A stretch of DNA of 64,000 nt from Chloroflexota bacterium (GTDB taxonomy: Bacteria > Chloroflexota > Limnocylindria > QHBO01), in NCBI GenBank assembly GCA_038040195.1, contig JBBPIR010000001.1:417341-481340 (forward strand), in the 5' to 3' direction. The notes under the pieces were generated by a model. The model was given only the letters and a program-made list of their open reading frames with translations, was not told the origin of the DNA and searched no databases. The translations under genes and the position numbers were made by a program. Shown here one piece after another: positions 30,472 through 38,348 of this stretch. Numbering within the stretch: the first letter of the stretch is position 1; each line of letters starts with the position of its first letter.

Positions 30472-31566
30472 TCACAGCACCTCGAGGTCGCGGCGCCCAT
30501 CGAGGGCGCGCAGTCCGGTGACGATCACGCGCCGCCGCTGGTCGAGATCTTTCACCTCTGCCGTTGCCAGCCGCACGAACTGGCCTCGGACGGTGGCCTC
30601 CCCGCCGATGGCGTCGAGGTCGTATCCCACGCGTGCCGACCCGGGGCGAATGACCAGCCCCTCGAGGTGGGCACCGAGCGTCGTCAGGCCGGCCAGGTCG
30701 ACCTCTACGCTGGGGGCCATCTCCCCGCTCAGCGTCACCCGCACGCAGCCGCCGAGGGGGGCAAGCGCCGCCTCGACCCGAGTCCGCACGTCGTCGCCGT
30801 GGGCCGCATCGTCGAGCGACACCTCGACGTCATGGACGACCGAGGTCGCCACCAATCGGCGTTCGCGCACCACCGAGCCGTCTGCGCCGACGGATGCCAG
30901 GACCGCACCCCGCTCCCCGGTCTCTCCGAAGTCGAGCGGATCGGGGTTGCCCGGGTACGTGTACCGATCCGCGTCGCGCGGGACATGGAAGTGGCCCAGG
31001 AATGCGTGGGCCAACCCGGACGCCTCCAGCTCACCCGCATCGAAGGGCGCGTGGGGCAGCTTGCCGCTCCCCTGCTGGGCCAGGAACCCGCGCTCGGATG
31101 CGTGCGCCAGGGCCAGGTGGATCCCACCCCGGTCGGGCCGGAAGGTCGCGAAGAACCCATCCGTGTTGGCCGGTGCCCGGTGCGCCGCACCCCACAAGGT
31201 GAGCCCATCGGCGAGGCCGGCCGGGGTCAATCGGTCCTCCGTGAACAGGTTGACGTTCGGCGACCAGTCCGTCACCGCGTACGGGCTGGCCTCGGACAGC
31301 CAGTCGTGGTTGCCGGGGGCGAGGTAGATGGGGATATTTGTCCCGCCGAAGCTGGCTCGCAGAAACTCGACCGTGTCAGGTGAGATCCGGTCGTGCTCGA
31401 ACAGGTCCCCTCCGCTGAGGATGGCGTCGACCCGCTCCGCCTCAGCCAGCTCCAGGATCCGGGTCAGGGTCGCGCGCCGGTTCTGGCGCCGCAGGGCGGC
31501 GGTGGCGGGACGAGCCCACGCGAACGGCGCGTCGAGATGGAGGTCCGCGAACAGGAGCAGCTTCAT
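30472..31566 (-). CDS. SbcD/Mre11-like calcineurin-type metallophosphoesterase (SbcF/YhaO-like nuclease)
   Basis: Phosphoesterase motifs (LFADLHLD, GGDLFEH, GNHD, GHFH); ATG at 31566; 4-nt spacing to the downstream ATPase gene. Confidence 0.8.
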   Translation of the reverse strand: MKLLLFADLHLDAPFAWARPATAALRRQNRRATLTRILELAEAERVDAILSGGDLFEHDRISPDTVEFLRASFGGTNIPIYLAPGNHDWLSEASPYAVTDWSPNVNLFTEDRLTPAGLADGLTLWGAAHRAPANTDGFFATFRPDRGGIHLALAHASERGFLAQQGSGKLPHAPFDAGELEASGLAHAFLGHFHVPRDADRYTYPGNPDPLDFGETGERGAVLASVGADGSVVRERRLVATSVVHDVEVSLDDAAHGDDVRTRVEAALAPLGGCVRVTLSGEMAPSVEVDLAGLTTLGAHLEGLVIRPGSARVGYDLDAIGGEATVRGQFVRLATAEVKDLDQRRRVIVTGLRALDGRRDLEVL

Positions 31567-31618
31567 GGTCAGCCGCGCTCGATCGTGGCCGACCGCGGTG
31601 ACAGGTCGTGTGTCGTGA

Positions 31619-31768
31619 TCACGACTCCGCGGCGCCGCGGTCGCGCCGCACCTGGACGACCAACAGGCCCGCCGCGGCCACAAGCAGCAAGTGGACGACG
31701 GGGCCGATCTGCAGCAGGAGCCCGATCAGCCAGACGGTGACGGCTACGCCGGTCCCCAGCCAGATCAC
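31619..31768 (-). CDS. Tiny hydrophobic ORF 2 (49 aa, predicted 2 TM), GTG start overlapping the preceding stop
   Basis: Read directly: MIWLGTGVAVTVWLIGLLLQIGPVVHLLLVAAAGLLVVQVRRDRGAAES; below the six-frame track size cut-off; GTGA junction with ORF 1. Confidence 0.25.
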   Translation of the reverse strand: MIWLGTGVAVTVWLIGLLLQIGPVVHLLLVAAAGLLVVQVRRDRGAAES

Positions 31769-31869
31769 GGCACGGGCGATGTGAGGGCGACCAGGCCCAG
31801 GACGGCACCGATGACGACCAGGCCGATGACGGCGACCGCCACGGTCGCCGCCACCTCGCGACTGCTCAC
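31765..31869 (-). CDS. Tiny hydrophobic ORF 1 (34 aa, predicted 1 TM), GTG start overlapping the bcp stop
   Basis: Read directly: MSSREVAATVAVAVIGLVVIGAVLGLVALTSPVP; GTGA junction with the bcp stop codon. Confidence 0.25.
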   Translation of the reverse strand: MSSREVAATVAVAVIGLVVIGAVLGLVALTSPVP

Positions 31870-32330
31870 GCGGCCAGGACCTCGACCAGCATGCTCACGT
31901 GCTCGCCGGGCTTGACCCGCGGGAAGACGTGCTCGACTCGCCCGTCGGGCCCGATGACGAAGGTCGTGCGCTCGGTCCCGAAGTACGTCCGGCCCAGGTA
32001 CGACTTCTCGACCCAGGTCCCGTAGGCCTCGGCCACGCGATGTCCTTCATCGGACAGGAGGCGATGGCGCAGGCCGTACTTGTCGCGGAACTTGACGTGG
32101 CTGGCCACGCTGTCCGGCGAGACGCCGAAGATCTCGGTGTCCAGGTCGGCCACGGCATCCCACGCGTCGCGCAGTCCGCAGGCCTGCGCCGTGCAGCCGG
32201 CCGTATCGTCCTTGGGATAGAAGAACAGGACGTAGCGCCGGCCGGCCAGGCCTTCGGAAGTAACCACGCTTCCGTCGTCGGCGCGCATCGAAAAGGCGGG
32301 GGCGGTCTCGCCCGGCTGGGGGTAGCTCAC
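31866..32330 (-). CDS. bcp: Thioredoxin-dependent thiol peroxidase Bcp (peroxiredoxin Q family)
   Basis: Peroxiredoxin motif FFYPKDDTAGCTAQACG with peroxidatic and resolving Cys. Confidence 0.85.
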   Translation of the reverse strand: MSYPQPGETAPAFSMRADDGSVVTSEGLAGRRYVLFFYPKDDTAGCTAQACGLRDAWDAVADLDTEIFGVSPDSVASHVKFRDKYGLRHRLLSDEGHRVAEAYGTWVEKSYLGRTYFGTERTTFVIGPDGRVEHVFPRVKPGEHVSMLVEVLAA

Positions 32331-32342
32331 GGCCGGGCCATC

Positions 32343-33329
32343 CTAGCGCAGGCCGATCGACAGCAAGACGGTCGGCAGGCGGCGCGGTTGGAGACGCGCG
32401 GCGAGGTCAGCTGCCAGATCCCGCCACAGGTCTGCGGAAGCCTCGTCCAGGTCGTGGCCGGCACCGGGGACGAGGAGGCGGCATGGGGCCGCGACATCGC
32501 GCAGGGCCGCCTCCAGCAGGGCGGACTCGTCGGGATCGACCCACGCATCGGCCTCGCCGTGCACGATCGTCACCGAGCGGCGCTGGAGTGTGGCCAGGGC
32601 CCGGGTCGAGACCTGCATCGCCTGCTCCCAGGCCGGCAGGCCGATGACCGCGCGCCGCCCGCCCGGCAGGCTGAGGACCATCTCGGGCTCACCCCGATCC
32701 GCCCGTTCGATGAGCTCCTCCAGGCCGCGGTCGAGGGCGACGACGAACGGATGACCCGGCTCGGCGCGGTGGCTCTGGCGACGTCGAGCGCGCTCGGCCA
32801 CGGCGCGACGCAGGACATCGCGCAGGCCTCGGGCCGGTGCACCGATGAGGGTCAGGGGGCCGATCGCGGGATCGGCAGCGGCCACGCTGAACGCCAGCCA
32901 TGCGCCTTCGCCGTGGCCCAGGATGCCGATCCGGGTGGGGTCAACCTCGGGGTGGCCGCGCAGGACCCCGATCGCGTCCCGGGCGTCGTCGACCAGGGTG
33001 AACAGGCCGGCCTCCGCCCAGCGACCACCCGACCGCCCGCAGCCGCGCTTGTCGTAGCGCAGCGTCGCCACCCCACGCGCCGCGAGGGCAGCCGCCGCCC
33101 GCGCCAGGATGCCAGTCTGGGTGCGGCTGGCGGGGCGGAACCACCCGGGATGGCGGCGGCGATCGAAGCGGCCCTCGCGGTCCCGCGGCAGCAGGCTGGG
33201 GAGGAGGAGCACGGCGGGCGGGCGGGCGCCCACGCCGGGGCTCCCGTCCGCTGGCGGGTCGGGCAGGGTCAGAGTGGCGCTCAGGCTGACCTGGCCGGCG
33301 GTGATGCGCAGCTCCTCATCCCGGGCCAT
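32343..33329 (-). CDS. Alpha/beta-hydrolase fold protein (atypical nucleophile elbow GHGEG)
   Basis: Alpha/beta hydrolase topology with a GxSxG-like elbow in which Ser is replaced (ILGHGEGAW); C-terminal Asp/His region (VPGAGHDLD). Confidence 0.55.
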   Translation of the reverse strand: MARDEELRITAGQVSLSATLTLPDPPADGSPGVGARPPAVLLLPSLLPRDREGRFDRRRHPGWFRPASRTQTGILARAAAALAARGVATLRYDKRGCGRSGGRWAEAGLFTLVDDARDAIGVLRGHPEVDPTRIGILGHGEGAWLAFSVAAADPAIGPLTLIGAPARGLRDVLRRAVAERARRRQSHRAEPGHPFVVALDRGLEELIERADRGEPEMVLSLPGGRRAVIGLPAWEQAMQVSTRALATLQRRSVTIVHGEADAWVDPDESALLEAALRDVAAPCRLLVPGAGHDLDEASADLWRDLAADLAARLQPRRLPTVLLSIGLR

Positions 33330-33359
33330 GGCACGGGCATCATGCCACCCGGTTCCGGT

Positions 33360-34145
33360 TCAGCCGAAGATGAACCCCCACATCCCCAGCGCCATGCTGA
33401 TGGCCACCGCGGCCACGCCCAGGGCGCCGGACGCGGCCAGGAGCAGCCAGTCGGCGCGACGCATGCGCGGCGGTCGGGCCATTGTCCGAGCCGTCCGGCC
33501 GTCGAAACCGCGCGCATCCATGGCCAGCGCCAGCCGGGTCGCGCGTCGGATGGCCGATACCAGCAGCGTTACCAGCGCACTCAGAGCCAGGCGCAGGGCG
33601 GCCACCGGGTTGCGGCCCGCATCCACCCCTCTTGCGCGCCGGGCCAGCCCGATGGTCCGCCATTCGGCGCCCAGGATCGGGATCAGACGCAGCGACGCCA
33701 GGGCGCCGATGGCCAGCCGGTCCGGGACGTGGAGCTGACCGATGAGCCCGGCAGCCAGGTCCGCCGGATCGATGGTGGCCAGGGCCAGGCTGCCGGCCAG
33801 CGCAATTGCCGCAATCCGCAGGCCCAGCGCCAGCCCAATCGTCGCGCGGTCGACGACGGCCCCGGGTGACGAGCCGACCGGCGTTCCGGCCAGCAGCGCG
33901 TTCAGGACGCCCAGGATGGCAGCCGCGACCAGCAGGGGACCGACCAAGCGGGCGAGATCAGTTGGGCGGAGCCCGGTAAGGGTCATGGCCAGTCCCACCC
34001 CGCCCAACAGGATCGCGGGGGTGACCGGGTCGCGCGAGAGGAACGCAACCAGCATCACGATCAGCGCTGCGCCCAGCTTGGCAACCGAGTTCGCCGCCGG
34101 GAGGAACGCGGTCGGACTGGCGATGGCGGGCCGGCGCAGGTGCAT
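33360..34145 (-). CDS. ecfT: ECF transporter transmembrane (T) component EcfT (CbiQ family)
   Basis: Five or six TM helices with the conserved ARGxD/ARG-type motif region (RLALAMDARGF). Confidence 0.8.
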   Translation of the reverse strand: MHLRRPAIASPTAFLPAANSVAKLGAALIVMLVAFLSRDPVTPAILLGGVGLAMTLTGLRPTDLARLVGPLLVAAAILGVLNALLAGTPVGSSPGAVVDRATIGLALGLRIAAIALAGSLALATIDPADLAAGLIGQLHVPDRLAIGALASLRLIPILGAEWRTIGLARRARGVDAGRNPVAALRLALSALVTLLVSAIRRATRLALAMDARGFDGRTARTMARPPRMRRADWLLLAASGALGVAAVAISMALGMWGFIFG

Positions 34146-34148
34146 CGG

Positions 34149-35702
34149 TCAGGCGCCCGGCGGCAGGTGGAGGGTGCGATCGGCGAGCGCCTCGACGAGT
34201 GCCCGATCGTGCGTCGCGAGCACGACGCCCCGGCCGCTGTCGGCCAGGCCGGCGAGCAGCGAGAGCATCTCGTCCCAGGTCCGCCGGTCCTGGCCGTAGG
34301 TTGGCTCGTCGAGGATCAGGGCCAGCGGTGCCGTGGCCAATGCGGTGGCCACCGACAGGCGCCGCTGTTCGCCACCTGACAGCGTGAACGGGTTCGCCTC
34401 CCAGACCGCATCCAGGTGGAGACGTTCGGCGAGCTCCAACGCGCGCCGGCGGGCCTCCGCCTCCGCCAGCCCGGCCCGCAGCGGTCCGAGCGCCAGCTCA
34501 TCCGCCACGCGGCCGGTCAGGAATTGGTGCTCGGGGTCCTGGAATACCGATCCGATGCGAGTCACCAGCCGACGGGCGGGCCACTGCCAGACGGCGGAGC
34601 CGGCATGCCCGGGGGCCAGGGCCTCGCTGGCGCTGACCTGCCCGGCCTGCGGCCGGTGAAGGCCGCCCAGGAGGTGTGCCAGCGTGGATTTCCCCGAACC
34701 GTTGGGGCCCACGATGGCCAGCGTTTCGGCAGACCGCACGACCAGGTCGAGACGCGCGAACAGCGGTCGGTCCCCCAGCGGCGCCTGGGCGGACAACTGC
34801 TCGGTCACGATCAACGACTCGGGCTGCGGCGCCAACAACGGTCGCGCCGGGCGTTGCCCGCGGTGGTCGGGCGTCCAGATCCCGTGTCGGGCGAAGAGCT
34901 CGTCGTGCCCGACGAACACCTCGGAAGGTGGCCCGTCCAGCAGGATGCCTCCGCCCGCCGCCAGGACCACCACCCGGGTCACGAGGGGGAGCCACTCCGC
35001 CACGCGGTGCTCGACCAGGATGAGGGTGGTGGCGCGGTGTTCCAGCACTCGGGCCAGCGCCTCACGGACCAGGCCCGCTCCCTCGGGGTCGAGGTTGGCG
35101 GTCGGTTCGTCGAGGAGGAGCAGGTCGGGCTCGAGGGCCAACGCACCGGCCAGCGCCAGGCGCTGCTGCTCACCGCCGGACAGCTGCTCGGTGGGGCGGT
35201 TGGGCCCGTAGGCCCAGCCCACCGCATCCAGCGCGGCCCGAACCCGCGGCCAGATGTCGTTGGTCGGGACCCCCCGGTTCTCGAGCCCGAAGGCGACGTC
35301 ATCACCGGCTCGGCTCATGACCAGCTGGGCCTCGGGATCCTGGAGGACCAGGCCACAGCGCGGCCTGGAGGTGGCCGGAGTCTCCCCGAAGACGCGCAAC
35401 CGGCCCTCGGACTCGCCCCCTCCGCGCTCGTCGAACAGGCCGGCCAGACCCGCCAGGAGGGTGGACTTGCCCGATCCCGACGGACCGAGGAGCAGGACCC
35501 GCTCCCCGGGCTGGACAACCAGGTCGAGATGCCGGACCGCCCATGTGCTCCGGCTGCCGTGCCGCCAGCCCCATGTAACAGCCTCGATGGCCGGGGCCGG
35601 CGGGGCGTGGCTCGCGTTCAGCTGGCGGGCTCCGGACCGCTTCGCCCCGACGGGAAGGCGGCCAGCACGCCGGTCGGCCGCAGCAGACGGAGCAGATACC
35701 AC
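34149..35702 (-). CDS. ecfA: ECF transporter fused tandem ATPase EcfA-EcfA'
   Basis: Two complete ABC cassettes (GPSGSGKST / LSGGEQQRL / LLLLDEP and GPNGSGKST / LSGGEQRRL / LILDEP); start uncertain because the ORF overlaps the upstream S-component gene by about 85 nt. Confidence 0.85.
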   Translation of the reverse strand: MVSAPSAAADRRAGRLPVGAKRSGARQLNASHAPPAPAIEAVTWGWRHGSRSTWAVRHLDLVVQPGERVLLLGPSGSGKSTLLAGLAGLFDERGGGESEGRLRVFGETPATSRPRCGLVLQDPEAQLVMSRAGDDVAFGLENRGVPTNDIWPRVRAALDAVGWAYGPNRPTEQLSGGEQQRLALAGALALEPDLLLLDEPTANLDPEGAGLVREALARVLEHRATTLILVEHRVAEWLPLVTRVVVLAAGGGILLDGPPSEVFVGHDELFARHGIWTPDHRGQRPARPLLAPQPESLIVTEQLSAQAPLGDRPLFARLDLVVRSAETLAIVGPNGSGKSTLAHLLGGLHRPQAGQVSASEALAPGHAGSAVWQWPARRLVTRIGSVFQDPEHQFLTGRVADELALGPLRAGLAEAEARRRALELAERLHLDAVWEANPFTLSGGEQRRLSVATALATAPLALILDEPTYGQDRRTWDEMLSLLAGLADSGRGVVLATHDRALVEALADRTLHLPPGA

Positions 35703-36187
35703 GATCCCAGCCCGGCGATCATCACGCCGCTGACCAGCATCCAGGCCCCATACGTGAGCTGGATGGCGAAGTCGACCCCGACGAAATAGAACGTCATGTC
35801 ATGGATCCATTCACCGATGGCGGCGCCGGCGCCGGCAAGCAGCGCGACGGGCAGCGTCCAGCGCCGGTACAGCCCGAGGGCGAACACGAGCTCGGCGCCG
35901 ACGCCCTGCATCAGCCCCGAGGCCAGCGCGTCGAGCCCCCACACCGACCCGAGCAGGGCGGAGACCGCCGCGGCCATGAACTCGGCCAACAGGCCGGCGC
36001 CCGGCAGCCGCACGATGAGCGCAGCCAGGACAGCCGGGATCAGCCAAACCCCGGACAGGATGTACAACGGCGGGGCGAATGTGCCAGCTCCGATCGTGCT
36101 GAAGACCAGGCCCCAGGCCCAGAAGACGACGCCGAACGCGACGCCCAGCGACGCGGTGACCACGATGTCGACGGTTCGCCACCTCAT
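35618..36187 (-). CDS. ECF transporter substrate-specific (S) component, probably for thiamine or a thiamine precursor (ThiT/YkoE-like)
   Basis: Six-TM small integral membrane protein in an operon with the TPP riboswitch, tpk and ecfAT; 4-nt overlap with tpk. Confidence 0.65.
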   Translation of the reverse strand: MRWRTVDIVVTASLGVAFGVVFWAWGLVFSTIGAGTFAPPLYILSGVWLIPAVLAALIVRLPGAGLLAEFMAAAVSALLGSVWGLDALASGLMQGVGAELVFALGLYRRWTLPVALLAGAGAAIGEWIHDMTFYFVGVDFAIQLTYGAWMLVSGVMIAGLGSWYLLRLLRPTGVLAAFPSGRSGPEPAS

Positions 36188-36840
36188 TCCGCCGGATCTC
36201 CTTCACCATCCGCCAATTCGATGACGAGCAGACGGCCGGCGCTTAGCGAGACCTCGGCCGGGAGGGCCTCCACGACATTTGCCAGCCCGCGAGACGACCC
36301 GGCTTCCAGCCGCTCGTCGACCAACGGCCAGCGCAGGCCCTGGGTCGTCACGCCATCCGCCGCCGTCCCGACGGCGAGCAGACTGACGCGGGATCCGGGA
36401 GGCCCGTGCAGCTCTGCGCGAGCTGGGCCGGTCAGCAGACGGGCCGACGTCAATCCGTGGACCAGCCGAGTCGCCCGACCAGCCGCCGCGTCGGAGCCCA
36501 GCAGGAACACATTGGCGAGCAGGTGGTCGAGGGCTCCGCCCAGGGCACCGAGCACGACGATCTCGTCCGCCCCGGCTCGGGCCGCCGCCTCCAGGCTGAG
36601 CTCGAGGTCCGAGGCGTCCTTTTCGGGGGGATGCCGCTCGACGGGGACCTGGGCCCCTTCCAACCGTTCGACCACCGCCGGATCGGCCGAATCGAGGTCA
36701 CCCACCAGCCGATGCGGGGCAACGCCGACGGCATCCAGCCAATCGGCGCCTCCGTCGGCGGCGATGATCAGATCGGCATCCGTCAGCTGGCGCCGGTCAG
36801 CTGGCGCGTGCTCCCCATCCGCCACGATGACTGCCTTCAC
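36184..36840 (-). CDS. Thiamine pyrophosphokinase (TPK, ThiN-type catalytic domain)
   Basis: TPK motifs (IIAADGGADWL, GDLDS, KDASDLELSL, GALGGALDHLLAN); GTG start at 36840 is 8 nt downstream of an AGGGAG SD embedded in the riboswitch; the upstream 480 codons of the 702-aa ORF are read-through and discounted. Confidence 0.75.
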   Translation of the reverse strand: MKAVIVADGEHAPADRRQLTDADLIIAADGGADWLDAVGVAPHRLVGDLDSADPAVVERLEGAQVPVERHPPEKDASDLELSLEAAARAGADEIVVLGALGGALDHLLANVFLLGSDAAAGRATRLVHGLTSARLLTGPARAELHGPPGSRVSLLAVGTAADGVTTQGLRWPLVDERLEAGSSRGLANVVEALPAEVSLSAGRLLVIELADGEGDPAE

Positions 36841-36842
36841 GA

Positions 36843-36935
36843 TTCGACTCCCTACGCTGGCATGACCCAGGTCAGGTTCGAGGGTCTGCGGACCCATCCG
36901 CACTCTCAGCGCCGAGGCGCTCCCCTGTCGTGGTC
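36843..36935 (-). ncRNA. TPP (thiamine pyrophosphate) riboswitch / THI element
   Basis: Minus-strand RNA reads CGACAGGGGAGCGCCUCGGCGCUGAGAGUGCGGAUGGGUCCGCAGACCCUCGAACCUGACCUGGGUCAUGCCAGCGUAGGGAGUCG; contains the conserved CUGAGA, ACCCU-GAACCUGAUC-like and GCCAGCGUAGGGA blocks of the THI element; the P1 3' strand includes the SD of tpk. Confidence 0.8.
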
Positions 36936-36966
36936 CTGTGCCCCGCAGCCTAGCACTCCCCGTACC

Positions 36967-37458
36967 ATGGGTCGCATGCCAGGAGCCGATGACCGGGTGG
37001 CCGCGGCCGCCGCGGCGGCCGGGCTGCAGATCTCGATTCAGCGCTTCCCGGAGGGGACGCGCACGGCCGAGGACGCCGCACGGGCCGTGGGCTGCAAGGT
37101 GGCCCAGATCGTCAAGTCGCTCGTCTTCGTTGCCGACGGCCGACCAGTGCTCGCGCTGATCTCCGGAGACGATCGGCTCGACCCGGGGCGATTGGCGACC
37201 ATCCTGGGAGTCCAACGGGTCGATCGGGCGGATGGCGATGCGGTGCGGGACGCCACCGGCTTTGCCATCGGCGGCGTCCCACCCATCGGTCATGTTCGAC
37301 CCCTGCCCATCCTGATGGACCGACGCCTGTTGGACCATGCCGAGGTCTGGGCGGCGGCCGGGCGGCCAGACGCGGTTTTCTCGGTCGCCCCCGAGCACCT
37401 GCGACAGGCCAGCGGTGCGCAGGTGGCCGATATCGCGGTCGACAGGTCCGGCGTTTGA
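36967..37458 (+). CDS. YbaK/ProX-family aminoacyl-tRNA deacylase (Cys-tRNA(Pro) editing domain protein)
   Basis: YbaK fold motifs (KSLVFVADGRPVLALISGDDRLD ... GFAIGGVPPIGH); the upstream part of the 36406 ORF is antisense to tpk and discounted. Confidence 0.7.
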   Translation: MGRMPGADDRVAAAAAAAGLQISIQRFPEGTRTAEDAARAVGCKVAQIVKSLVFVADGRPVLALISGDDRLDPGRLATILGVQRVDRADGDAVRDATGFAIGGVPPIGHVRPLPILMDRRLLDHAEVWAAAGRPDAVFSVAPEHLRQASGAQVADIAVDRSGV

Positions 37459-37477
37459 GCGCCTCATACTCGCGGCC

Positions 37478-38233
37478 GTGAGCGAGGCCGCCCTGCCCAT
37501 CCTGGCCGTGGCCATCGGCCTGCTGGGCGCGGGGTTGGGGGCCGCACTCATCCGTTCCAGTGGAGCCGACACACGAGCCGGGCGACGCCTGGCCGGCGCC
37601 CGCGCCGCGCCGCTGGCGACGCTCCAGGACCTCGCCGCAAGTGACCAGCTGCCGCCCGGACCGGTGCGGGTCGAGGGCCGCGTGCGATGCGCCAACCCCC
37701 TGGTGACGCCCGACGGGGACCGCCTGGCCGCGCTCCACCGCGACGTGGAGGTGCAGCTGCCGGACGGCCGATGGCGCGTCATCGAGCGCCTGCGGGAGGC
37801 GCGACCCATCGACCTGTGGGAACGGTCGTCCTCCGTCCGCCTTGATCTGGCCCAGATGGCCGAGCCGCTCATCGGCATTCCGCGGGTCTGGGAGGGCTCG
37901 CCCGCCGAGCTCGGCGACAAATACAGCCCGGCCATCGACCGCGTCGCGGGCGAGCTGGGACCTCTCCACCGGGCACGGGCGACGACCCGCCAGCTGAGCC
38001 TGGTGGACCAGCTCATCGTGCTGGCCATCGCGCGCCGAGACGAGCACGGTCGACTGCGGCTCGAACCGCCGCCCGGCGGGTTCCTGGCGGCCAATGTCGA
38101 GCTCGACACGGCGATGCGCCTCCTGGCCGGTCCCCGCCGGACCCGCATGCTCGCCGGCTTCGCCGTGGGCCTGGTTGGCGCCGTCGTCGCGGTGGCTGGG
38201 CTGATCGGGGTGCTGTTGGTCCTGCCCGGCTGA
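37478..38233 (+). CDS. Hypothetical membrane protein (N- and C-terminal TM helices)
   Basis: TM helix at each end (ILAVAIGLLGAGLGAAL and LAGFAVGLVGAVVAVAGLIGVLLVL); GTG start inferred; no domain recognised. Confidence 0.35.
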   Translation: MSEAALPILAVAIGLLGAGLGAALIRSSGADTRAGRRLAGARAAPLATLQDLAASDQLPPGPVRVEGRVRCANPLVTPDGDRLAALHRDVEVQLPDGRWRVIERLREARPIDLWERSSSVRLDLAQMAEPLIGIPRVWEGSPAELGDKYSPAIDRVAGELGPLHRARATTRQLSLVDQLIVLAIARRDEHGRLRLEPPPGGFLAANVELDTAMRLLAGPRRTRMLAGFAVGLVGAVVAVAGLIGVLLVLPG

Positions 38234-38348
38234 CCGGGGGAGGTACGAACGGGGCATGGAGCCGCAGACCTATCGTTTCTAGCATGGGCCACACGCCGCC
38301 TACCAGATCCTCCATTCGGGGTTCGGGCGACGCGATAACGGGGATCTC

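Noticed and set aside
29240-31383. Two long plus-strand ORFs (695 and 665 aa) over the sbcC-like/sbcD-like region
   Set aside because: Antisense to genes with clear Walker/phosphoesterase motifs; Ala/Ser/Arg-rich composition; mutually overlapping frames.
36841-38292. N-terminal 480 codons of the 702-aa minus-strand ORF 36184..38292
   Set aside because: Only the C-terminal 219 aa (thiamine pyrophosphokinase) has domain signal and a GTG start with SD. The upstream part runs through the TPP riboswitch and antisense across the ybaK-like and membrane-protein genes, with Ser/Arg/Pro-rich composition.
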